This document shows, one piece after another, positions 55,075 to 64,000 of a DNA stretch of 64,000 nt. Position 1 is the first letter of the stretch. Every line of letters starts with the position of its first letter. A program made the translations under genes and the position numbers. The notes beneath the pieces were generated by a model. That model was not told the DNA's origin. It saw nothing but the letters and a program-made list of their open reading frames with translations, and ran no database searches. The stretch covers positions 111,153 through 175,152 of the forward strand of contig CAVXYK010000029.1 of the NCBI GenBank assembly GCA_963765875.1, given 5' to 3'. Source of the stretch: an uncultured Chloroflexia bacterium (GTDB lineage Bacteria; Chloroflexota; Anaerolineae; Caldilineales; Caldilineaceae).

Positions 55075-55315
55075 CGTCCGCTGCAAAAAGGGATCTTGAC
55101 AAGAATTCACACAGATTATCACGAATTTTCTCTCTGGGGCGACGACACAATTCGTAAAAATACGTGACCATTCGTGACTCCACTGCAAAAAGGGATTGGA
55201 CACGAATTAACACAAATCTGCACGAATTCTCCCTCTGGCGCCACACTTCATTTCGTGTAAATTCGTGACAATTCGTGTCCAGAAAAGGCTTTTTGCAGGA
55301 GAGTCATTCGTATCA
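55075..55315. repeat. Two tandem ~105-bp units plus a terminal inverted repeat between convergent GT39 genes
   Basis: CTGCAAAAAGGGAT..GACA.GAATT.ACACA.AT....CACGAATT.TC.CTCTGG.G... occurs twice. Closing GGCTTTTTGCAG is inverted to the CTGCAAAAAG heads. Rich in ATTCGTG words. Confidence 0.7.
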
Positions 55316-55367
55316 AGAATAGACTTTCTCCCGTTGAGCCACAGTGAATTTACACCTTGAACCGGCC

Positions 55368-58300
55368 TTACTGCACGACAACTTCAATCGGCAGCGTAAT
55401 CAAGCCGTCCTCATGTCGCTGGCCGTCACCATCGACCGCTGAGGGGCGCACGAATGTTTCGGGCTCGTACCAGCCTACGGCCATGGTATAGGTTCCGGCA
55501 GCAAGATCGTCCGGGATGGCCACAGAAACGGGATCGACCAGGTACTCATCGGCGAGCCATGAGGTGGACGGGCAGGATCCGTCACAGGGCACGGTGTCCT
55601 GTTGAGCCACCGGCGCACCATCAACACCCAACAGATGCACGAATCGAGTGAGCGGCGTCTGCGCTGGATCGATCACCTGCCAGATCAGATCAAATGTGGC
55701 GATCTGACCTGGTTCGAGGGTCAGCTCGGTCGGTCCATCGACACCGATCAGCCGCACCGTCTGATCATACTGAGCGTCAACCGATTGCGTAAGCAACGGC
55801 TCCTCAAATAGACGCGCAATCCCCTGTACCTCAATGACGCCGAGTTGAATCGGCCCTGGCTGACCTGATGTTCCATCCGTCTGTGCGCTATCCGCCAACA
55901 TGAGCGCATAGAGGCCGGTCTCTGTATCGGGCGGAATCGACAGATTTTTCCAATCCCTCACCACTTCTTCGGCCCGCCACGAGCCGGTGGGGAAACTCGA
56001 TCTCCCGACCATCGCTTGCATCTCAGCCACCGGCCGGGCATTGGCGTCAGCGAGCGTCAGCGTAATCCAATGATCTTCTGATGGGGCCTCCTGCGCCTTC
56101 CAATAGAGCGTGACCGGGACCTGTTCGCCTGGAGCGACCGATGTTCGCGGCAGGTCATATCCGGCCAGCAACAGATCTGGGCCGACGGAAAATTCAACCT
56201 CGGGTTGGCGCTCAGGCTCGACCATTTGCGGACGCACGGCTGGCTCAACCTCAATCGACCCCAGATGGAGTTCCTTGTTCAAGAGCGCTCCATCTCGGTC
56301 TACAACCGGATAGGCGCGCTTCGATTCATCCTCGTAGACACGAAGAGAAAGGTCGTAGATGCCCGGTGAGACGCCGGGCCAGAGCGGTAGGATATGGTAA
56401 CTCTTGGTCGGCTCACCGGCCGCCCAGATGCGCTCTACCGGGTAGCGGTCATCGACCAACAGATCATCGACCTGGCCGGCCAGGTTGCCGGCATCATCTC
56501 TGATCACCAGGCTTGCCTTCAGATCGACATCGATGGGTGCAAGCGCCTCCCAATCTAGAACGACCCAGAGCTTTTCGCCCACGGCGACGCGGTTCGTAGA
56601 AAGATCCGGGGCAGAAAGATCTGGCGCAACAAGGTCCGGTGACACAGAAGAATCGACGGCCGTGTGGCCAATGTCATGGCCATTCAGCGCCACCTGACCG
56701 GCAAACGATGCATGGGTCTGGGTAAACTCATTGTGGACCGCATAGTCGGCCTGATCCGGCAGTTTGTACAGCGTGAACGGGATGCCGCTCTCGTTCTCTT
56801 CATCATCGATTTTCTCAATGGGGCTGCCGTACTTTTCCAGCAGAAATTCGACCAGGTTCTTCGGATCACCCATGATATAGGAGGCGCTCGTGATCTCAGT
56901 CATCTCCTGAGAGCGCACGAGATAGGCGAACCGTTTGTCCTCCGTGATGTCGGCAAGCGACGACGAAATCGTCTCATCGTCAAGCCAAGCAAAGCCAACA
57001 TCGGCGCTGCCCTGATGCATGAACTCCAACGGATAGAAGGTATTGTCCGACCAGTGATAATTCGGTGACAATGGCCAGATCCAAATACCGTCGGCATCGC
57101 CATACGCCGACATGTCAATCGACTGAAAATCGGACAGAAAGGGGCCACGAAAGCGATCAGGATTCTGCCATGCGCCGAAATAGCTCTGCACACCGATGGC
57201 GGCGCTGATCAGCAGGAAGGGCAGCGGCGTCCAGACCATTGCCGGTATGAAGCGATGGGAAAGTGCTTGCCCAATGGACATCATGCCGATCACACCAAGA
57301 AGATAGGCCGGGACCACCATGCCGATTGCCCGCAGCGAGTGAGGAACGCCTTCAGCCGTGACCACAGCCGGGATGGCGAAGAGCAGGAAACCGGAGAGGG
57401 CGAAAAAGTACGGCAGTGTCCGAATGCGCAGGACAGCGATGATGATTCCAGCCAGAAGCCACAGCGCCATCAGCAGATCAAAGACGGGTCGTTGTGCGGG
57501 ATTATGGCGCAAATTCGGGTCGCCTTGATCGACAAACATCCTGGCCGTATCGATGATGCTGACAGCCAGTGCTCGTCCAGGAAGATCGCCGGCGAAGTAG
57601 GGGTTGAAGACTGAGACATCGGCGGCCCGGCCATAGAACTGTTCGGGATTGAACAAAAAGTAGCCGCCGAGAGGTACAAAGACCAAATCGCGCGACCCCC
57701 GTGATCACGCCGAAGGAGGCAGCAAGTCGACCCAGCCCAACAGTGCGCCTTACCTGGATCGCGCCAACGAGAAAGGTGAGGGCGAGCCAGAGTGGCGCTA
57801 ATCTAGCGGCGGTGTAGGTGTAGAGGCAGAGTCCCGTGAGGACGCCGCATAGAACCAGACTCAGCCAGGGAAATCTGCGGCCATCAACCGATCGATGCCA
57901 GGCTCGCCAGAACAATGCCAGTGCCAATGACACGACCAGCGGGAGGAGGATGGCGCGAAAACCAAGCCGGCTCAGGCTAATATGCCGATCGGAGAAGGCA
58001 ACGAAAAGGGCCGTCCACAGACCAAGCCAGCGTGAGGGCAATCGGTCGTATCGAAACGCTTCACGGACCATCCGATCGACGGCGGGAACGGTTAGGGCGC
58101 CGATGACGGCGGGGACCACGCGCAGTGCGTGCGGCGTTGCGCCGAGCATGCCAATCGCCAGGGCCTGAAGATAGATAAGAATCGGCTCGCGTCCGGTGTT
58201 GCGTTCGAAGAAGACTGAAAAGCGGCCTCCCAATACATCGAGGGCATCCACGCCGTTTGCGGCCTCATCCACATAGAGCCCGGGCGGAAACGCCTCAAGT

Positions 58301-58386
58301 CGATAGAGACGCAGAGCGAGCGCCACACCCAGCAAAAGTATGACGATCGAGAATTCGATGGTTTTGTTTTTGCGAGAATCACTCAT
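55368..58386 (-). CDS. GT39/ArnT-like membrane glycosyltransferase-like protein, paralog of 52029..55058, one apparent frameshift near 57690
   Basis: ATG 58386. LYRLEAFPPGLYVDEAANGVDALDVLGG...NTGREPILIY (ORF 57502..58416) continues as VFVPLGGYFLFNPEQFYGR...NLRHNPAQRPVFD (ORF 55368..57686). C-terminus FVHLLGVDGAPVAQQDTVPCDGSCPSTSWLADEY...YTMAVGWYEP. Confidence 0.7.
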
Positions 58387-58654
58387 TGCTGGTTCTGTCG
58401 AGGCGACCACATCCAAAGTTTTCAGCTCTCCCGGCGGCTACATCTGGAGGATCTTCAGCATCCCTGTGTTAAACTCAAGGAGCGATGAATCGTCACTTTC
58501 TGTCGCCTTTTTTGGAGAATCTACTATACCTCAACGAGTCTCCAACCCGAGAATTCGATGGCTTGTCTGGAAATACGGCATCCATCGCGAACGAATAGCA
58601 ATAACTGATCAGCAAGTCAGTGATCACACCCAACCAAATCGGAGTACGTATCAA

Positions 58655-60019
58655 ATGGCCAAGATCTGGTTCACAGAGGAGTTCGGTGGCGTCCGAGTCG
58701 TCAGTTTTGTTCTCATCTATCTCATTTGCCAACTCATGCCGGCGACAGAAATCATGCATGCGATGCCCAACAACCGCATGGCCGACGAACCAGGCAAAGA
58801 GGAACATACCCTCTACTTTCCCAACCTCCTGTACGAAAACTATCGTGACTACACAGTGCCGTCCACGCCCTATCCCCCAGACGGCGCGACCGATGTGAGT
58901 ATCAACACGTTTTTTCGCTGGAACAACAATCCACGCACACTGCCGGACGATTCTTCGCCATACGATTTCGAAGTCTATCTTGCTCCCGGAGAGACTACAT
59001 CTGACCTGGCCATTGTCCGTGTGAGCCGAAATGCGGTCGACACCGGGACGTTGATGCCTGACACCCTCTACACATGGCGAATCGTCTCCATCGATCCCGA
59101 AGGCCGACGCTACCCCGGTCCTGAATGGCGCTTTAGGACGCTCTCCGTTGCGCGGGACACCTCTGAAATTCCAGATCTGAACGCCATGGTCCCAGTGCCT
59201 GCCGGAGAATTCACTATGGGCTGCGATCGAAACAATCCTCATGATGAATCCAATAATCCCTGTGAAGACGGCACAGGTGTTGCATCTGAGCCCTTACACA
59301 CGGTCTACCTTGATGCCTTTGAAATCGATAAATACGAAGTATCGAACGCCAGCTACAAGGCATGTGTCGACGCCGGCATCTGTGATCGCCCACGCGAAGA
59401 ACCGATAGAGGAGCGCCTGGAACGGTATGGGCTTGAAGAATATGCACGGTATCCAGTGGTCTATGTTTCCCGGCAAGATGCGCTGGACTACTGCGGCTGG
59501 CAGGGAAAACGGCTGCCCACCGAAGCCGAATGGGAAAAAGCCGCTCGAGGGCCAGTTGACACGCGATCGTGGCCCTGGGGAAACGAGCGGTTTTCGTGCG
59601 ACCGTATGCACATCGGGCGTGATAGTAAGTGCAGCGATTGGATTGACGTCGTACCTATCGGGTCGTTTCCCAATGGGATGAGCCCGTATGGTGCGCTCGA
59701 TGTCTCGGGAAACGTCGCCGAATGGGTCAACGACAAGTTTGATCGAACCTATTACAGTTGGTCACCTTATGCCAATCCGCAGGGCTCGGACGTATCGCGC
59801 GTTTTCACAGAATCCCTCGAAGTGACTACGGACGATTGGGGATGGCCAACCTATGTGCTGCGCGGTGGTGATTTTTGGGGCCGCTTCTACTATCACCACG
59901 TCTACTATCGCTATTGGGGTCACTGGGGCGAATCTGCTCACCTCGATGATATCCCCCTCTTTCGCAACCGACGGACCGGCTTTCGATGCGCACGTTCAAT
60001 TTCCGATGGCAGTCAGTAG
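58655..60019 (+). CDS. Membrane-anchored FGE-sulfatase (SUMF1) domain protein, paralog of 48374..49712
   Basis: ATG 58655 MAKIWFTEEFGGVRVVSFVLIYLICQL (anchor). Fn3-like PPDGATDVS...YTWRIVS. YLDAFEIDKYEVSN, YPVVYVSRQDALDYCGWQGKRLPTEAEWEKAARG, GNVAEWV, GFRCARS. Confidence 0.75.
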   Translation: MAKIWFTEEFGGVRVVSFVLIYLICQLMPATEIMHAMPNNRMADEPGKEEHTLYFPNLLYENYRDYTVPSTPYPPDGATDVSINTFFRWNNNPRTLPDDSSPYDFEVYLAPGETTSDLAIVRVSRNAVDTGTLMPDTLYTWRIVSIDPEGRRYPGPEWRFRTLSVARDTSEIPDLNAMVPVPAGEFTMGCDRNNPHDESNNPCEDGTGVASEPLHTVYLDAFEIDKYEVSNASYKACVDAGICDRPREEPIEERLERYGLEEYARYPVVYVSRQDALDYCGWQGKRLPTEAEWEKAARGPVDTRSWPWGNERFSCDRMHIGRDSKCSDWIDVVPIGSFPNGMSPYGALDVSGNVAEWVNDKFDRTYYSWSPYANPQGSDVSRVFTESLEVTTDDWGWPTYVLRGGDFWGRFYYHHVYYRYWGHWGESAHLDDIPLFRNRRTGFRCARSISDGSQ

Positions 60020-60100
60020 CGGCTCTACCCTAGCTCCATGGGCCGTCAACTCAGGAATCCGAGTCGTTTCCCGTGAACTCAGCATTCGGTCTGGACAAAG

Positions 60101-63100
60101 ATGATGTCACGCCATCAACTTAAATTCTCTTGTCAGCGAACACCGATCGCTGAAGCAGCCGGTCTTGCACTAGTTCATTTCGTTGTCGCTCTATATGCAA
60201 AATTTGCGCTTGGTATCGATATCGCCGCTCATACGCGTGGCAACTACTGGGACTATTTCTCACAGACTCTTCCCAGCGAGCTCCTGAAAAATGATCTCTG
60301 GACCAGCATTTGGCTACTCCATGCACAGCCGCCGCTCTACAATCTGCTGGGCGGACTAACGATCAGGCTATTCCCAGTAAAATACCCGGATATCATTCAT
60401 TTCCAATACATTCTATTGGGATCGTTGATGGTTGGGTTACTCTATATCGTCCTATACCAGTTGACCTCGAATCGGTACTTTTCAGGAGTGATGGGCTTGC
60501 TGCTGGCTCTGTACCCTGCCATTCTGCTATACGAAGCCTATTTTTTATATTCATTGCCCGTGGCATTTCTGATCACTTGTAGTGTCGCTATGCTGTCATG
60601 TTTCTCGCTTTATCAGAGAAATTCGTTCCTCGTCGCATTCATCGTCTGCATCAACCTCCTTATCCTGACGAGAAGCGCGTACCATATTTTGATCCTCTTG
60701 CCCACGATGGCCGCTGTTTGGTTGGCCGTTCGAACAGATACGCGACGTATCCTGACCATCGCATTTCTGATCTGTCTGATCTCTGTCGGTTGGTATTCGA
60801 AAAACCAGGTGCAGTTTGGCTTCTGGGGCAGCAGCAGTTGGATAGGCATGAACTTATTTCGAGCTGCCGAAGCTAACTATGGAAACAACGAACTCAAGGA
60901 GTTAGCCGATGAGGGCGTCATCGATCAGCTGACCGGATACGTAAAGCCGATGGCAAGGCCGAGCGTTTACGGCGAATATGGATACGTCTCAGACTCTGAG
61001 CTACCTGCGCTCTCAGGGGACCATTACAACAATCAGATCTTTCTGACGCTATCGCCCATTTACATGAGGAACACGCTTCGGCTCGTTTCCCATGATCCGA
61101 AGCGCTATGTGAACGGCCTTGCAGATTCGATCATGAGGTTCGCGGCGCCCTCATCGCGCTACCCACATCTTGCCGCCAATGCGGCATCGTTGGGCATCTA
61201 CGAGTCCTTCGTATCCCAAACTTTGCTTGGGCAACGACTGTTTCCCTCTGTTGACGATGAACCCAAAGGATCCATTCTTCTCTTTCTGATGCCGCTCAGT
61301 TTGATCCTGTACGGCTATCTGCTGTTCAATCTGTCTCGCCGGCCATGGCCGGCCGGGCAGACATGGGGTCATTTGCGCCGGCAGCTTGCTCCGGACATTG
61401 CACTGCACTTCATGTTCGTGATCTTCGCATACACACTGGCTGTCGGAATTCTGTTCGAACATGGCGAGAACGAACGATTCAAGTTCATGATCGAACCGAT
61501 CTGGTGGGTATTCTTCGCGACGGTCTTGTATCGGACAGTCTATCTATTCCGCCATCGGGAATCCGATCTGGGAACCAAAGAACGACAAGAGACTCCATCG
61601 TCATTCGCCGAACCAAGCTCCGCCCATTATCCGGCAACCGTGATCGTACTGGTGGCCCTGATGCCGCTGGCAATCTGGGTACGCTGGCACTATGTCGCCA
61701 ATGTCGGTCTCCACGTAGACGAGTTCAGCACGCTCTGGGGCAGTCGCCAGGTCATGAATTCGGGTCTCCCGCTCATGCCCAGCGGCGTGCTCTACACCCG
61801 CGGACTCTTCTCAACCTACCTGATAGCGGCGGTCGGCAAGTTGTTTGGGCTCACCTACATAGTCGGTCGCATGCCGAGTTTGATCTTTGGCGTGCTGGCC
61901 GTACTCGCGACCTTTTTCTTGGGTCAGCGCAGTTGGAATGCACGCGCCGGCTTGCTGGCGGCTGCCCTGCTGGCGCTCCTGCCGGAGGCAATCGAAGCAT
62001 CTGGCCGGGCCCGTTTCTATGCGCCGCTCTCGCTGTGGTCTCTGCTTGCCGTCGGCATCCTCTTTTTGACGGTCCGACATCCACTGAAGGTCGAAAAAGA
62101 TCACGCCCTTCGTTATGGCAACCACATCCTCTTTGGCCTCTTCTTCGCGGCCTCGCTCTTCTCGCAGGAAGCAACCATCCTGCTCTACCCAGCCTCGCTG
62201 CTCTGCATGATCTGGTGGCGCGGCTACCGCTATCTGCTGAAGTTGCCAGTGCTGGTGGGGCAAGGCATCGCCGTCGCAGCCATCGGCCTGCGACTGGCCA
62301 TCGAACAGATCGGCCAGCCGGGCCAGTTGGAGAGCATCCAATCCGGCTCTCCCTATCTGGCGCTCTCGCTCGATATCCCTGCGGCCTGGCGGGCGTTTGA
62401 TCAACTCTTTGTGTCGCCCGTTCGCCTACCTTGGACCATCGCAGCACTGGTCGCGGTGACTGTCGCCCTCATTGCGATTCGGCGAAACCGATGGCGTATC
62501 GCCGGCCTCGCGCCTTTCCACCAAGCCACGCTCTGGTACGCAGCCCAGTTCCTCTTTGTCCTCGGGGTGCTGCTCACCGTGGTCGGCGAAGACTGGCGTC
62601 ACCCCCGCTACGTCCTGTTCATCCAGCAATTCTGGTTGCTCGTCGGCGCAGCAGGCGCGATCTGGGTCATCGACCGGCTCCTGAAGGGCGGGACAGGTCG
62701 TTGGATTGCCACAGCGGCTGTGACGGGGATGGCCCTATTCTTCATGTGGTCCGATGCCATTGACATGACAGAAAGAGAGATGTTGGGCTATGAACAGGGC
62801 TTCGCCTATGTGGCAGACCAGAGAACGCCGGGCGATGTGGTAATGACGCCGCAGGCAGCCGGTTGTGCGCTTGTGCTGGGCGATCCATGCGACTATTACA
62901 TGCGTCAAGCGGGATATGAGCCATTTGTGATCAGACGCGAAGGCGAACTAATCGACCGCTGGTCAGGCGCACCACTGTTGCAGTCGACGGAACAGCTTCA
63001 AGCTGCGATTCAATCGAGCGAGCGTGTGTGGATGGTGATCGACGGCGACCGGCTGGCAACCACGTTCACGCCGCAGTTCACAGCGCTGATCGAGGAGCAG

Positions 63101-63967
63101 TTCCAGCCAGTCTTCCAGACGGGAAAGACATCGGTACTGGTGGCTGAGAGATGGGAGGAGATTCCTGACTACACATTCGCTGAAGAATTCGATCCTGCGT
63201 TGGCCTGGCCGAGCCTTGCGCTCGTTGGCTGGGAACGGAGCGAGCCTGTCTCAGGCGAGCCGCTGGCCGTACGTCTGTATTGGAAGCTATTGGGCGACAT
63301 CGATGACGACATTCATACGTCGTTGCAGTTGATTGCCCACGACGGCGCCAACGTGGCACAGATCGACGGGCCCATCAATCAAGGAATTCTCTCGCTGGGC
63401 GACATCGAAGATCAACCGTTCCCCGAGTTCAAGCAACTCGGAGTACCAGAGCTTGTCCCTGGCCACTATCGGCTAGACGTTGTCGCCTATGACATCGATG
63501 ACAAAGACCCGATCGGACCGCCGATATCCGTGGGCTGGTTCAGCATTGGTGACACTGAGTCACTGCCGGTGGAAGCGCCAGGCGCAACATGGGCCGAGGG
63601 TCTCAGTCTGGATACACACAGTTCTCTACCGGAATCCCTAATCCCGGGCGATATGCTTACCCTGGATCTGGCTTGGTTGACGAAGAGCCCGCTTGACCGA
63701 AATTTTATTGCCTTCGTGCATGTGCTCGGTCCGGAAGGGACAGTCATCGCCCAACGCGATCAGGCCCCGCTCAATGGTTTCTTTCCTACCTCACGATGGC
63801 CAACGGGCGAGCCGGTGACGGACCGATACGATGTACAACTGCCTACTGCTTTGGCCCCAGGCGCCTACCGTCTTGTCGTCGGCTGGTACGACGGCGAGAC
63901 AGGTGAACGTCTACCCACTGTCGATGGTGGTGATCTCATCGAACTGGGCAATTGGCTAGTCCAGTGA
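60101..63967 (+). CDS. Very large (1288 aa) two-module polytopic membrane protein, GT-C/GT39-like, with the shared C-terminal modules
   Basis: Uninterrupted ORF. The first TM block is family-unknown. The second block starts HVDEFSTLWGSRQVMNSGLPL... (GT39-like). C-terminus FVHVLGPEGTVIAQRDQAPLNGFFPTSRWPTGE...YRLVVGWYDG. Confidence 0.6.
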   Translation: MMSRHQLKFSCQRTPIAEAAGLALVHFVVALYAKFALGIDIAAHTRGNYWDYFSQTLPSELLKNDLWTSIWLLHAQPPLYNLLGGLTIRLFPVKYPDIIHFQYILLGSLMVGLLYIVLYQLTSNRYFSGVMGLLLALYPAILLYEAYFLYSLPVAFLITCSVAMLSCFSLYQRNSFLVAFIVCINLLILTRSAYHILILLPTMAAVWLAVRTDTRRILTIAFLICLISVGWYSKNQVQFGFWGSSSWIGMNLFRAAEANYGNNELKELADEGVIDQLTGYVKPMARPSVYGEYGYVSDSELPALSGDHYNNQIFLTLSPIYMRNTLRLVSHDPKRYVNGLADSIMRFAAPSSRYPHLAANAASLGIYESFVSQTLLGQRLFPSVDDEPKGSILLFLMPLSLILYGYLLFNLSRRPWPAGQTWGHLRRQLAPDIALHFMFVIFAYTLAVGILFEHGENERFKFMIEPIWWVFFATVLYRTVYLFRHRESDLGTKERQETPSSFAEPSSAHYPATVIVLVALMPLAIWVRWHYVANVGLHVDEFSTLWGSRQVMNSGLPLMPSGVLYTRGLFSTYLIAAVGKLFGLTYIVGRMPSLIFGVLAVLATFFLGQRSWNARAGLLAAALLALLPEAIEASGRARFYAPLSLWSLLAVGILFLTVRHPLKVEKDHALRYGNHILFGLFFAASLFSQEATILLYPASLLCMIWWRGYRYLLKLPVLVGQGIAVAAIGLRLAIEQIGQPGQLESIQSGSPYLALSLDIPAAWRAFDQLFVSPVRLPWTIAALVAVTVALIAIRRNRWRIAGLAPFHQATLWYAAQFLFVLGVLLTVVGEDWRHPRYVLFIQQFWLLVGAAGAIWVIDRLLKGGTGRWIATAAVTGMALFFMWSDAIDMTEREMLGYEQGFAYVADQRTPGDVVMTPQAAGCALVLGDPCDYYMRQAGYEPFVIRREGELIDRWSGAPLLQSTEQLQAAIQSSERVWMVIDGDRLATTFTPQFTALIEEQFQPVFQTGKTSVLVAERWEEIPDYTFAEEFDPALAWPSLALVGWERSEPVSGEPLAVRLYWKLLGDIDDDIHTSLQLIAHDGANVAQIDGPINQGILSLGDIEDQPFPEFKQLGVPELVPGHYRLDVVAYDIDDKDPIGPPISVGWFSIGDTESLPVEAPGATWAEGLSLDTHSSLPESLIPGDMLTLDLAWLTKSPLDRNFIAFVHVLGPEGTVIAQRDQAPLNGFFPTSRWPTGEPVTDRYDVQLPTALAPGAYRLVVGWYDGETGERLPTVDGGDLIELGNWLVQ

Positions 63968-64000
63968 GATCCCCAAGTTCTCATTAGCGACTTCTCGCGA

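Overview
GC-rich chromosomal window; the gene content suggests a Chloroflexota-like bacterium, but that is inference only.

Layout:
1. 1-10.4 kb: a minus-strand operon of membrane-anchored multiheme c-type cytochromes (about 48 CxxCH motifs counted by eye) plus a cytochrome b subunit. A heme-domain lipoprotein gene follows on the plus strand.
2. 10.4-19 kb: housekeeping genes, namely an FAD oxidoreductase, an M20 peptidase, a C-N hydrolase, purN, purM and a polytopic membrane protein.
3. 19.2-32 kb: a defence island. It holds Phd/VapC, a 21-repeat type I-C CRISPR array and the minus-strand operon cas3-cas5-cas8c-cas7-cas4-cas1-cas2. Cas3 carries an N-terminal HTH-WYL regulator-like extension. 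cas7 is split by an IS1182-family element. cas8c through cas2 are riddled with frameshifts.
4. 32.8-38.8 kb: a DUF433/DUF5615-type pair, then a sugar-type operon. All three of its internal intergenic gaps are filled by cassettes bounded by the same 25-nt inverted repeat. One cassette carries a four-helix-bundle (23S rRNA IVS protein-like) gene and a 39-copy heptanucleotide repeat.
5. 40.8-44.4 kb: dnaE, interrupted by an open-frame array of 6.4 x 66-nt hairpin repeats.
6. 44.5-64 kb: five large GT-C/GT39-like membrane proteins sharing a C-terminal module, two FGE-sulfatase-domain proteins and an SDR.

Several short repeat families recur, including GTAG-headed REP-like hairpins, a 190-nt MITE-like element and ACCTCCGGGAGGT long hairpins. 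No rRNA or tRNA genes were seen.

Major caveat: many genes show 1-nt frameshifts, often in homopolymers. CRISPR repeat copies also differ in C/G-run length, so indel sequencing error is a serious alternative to true pseudogenisation. All family calls come from motif recognition in the translations, not from searches.
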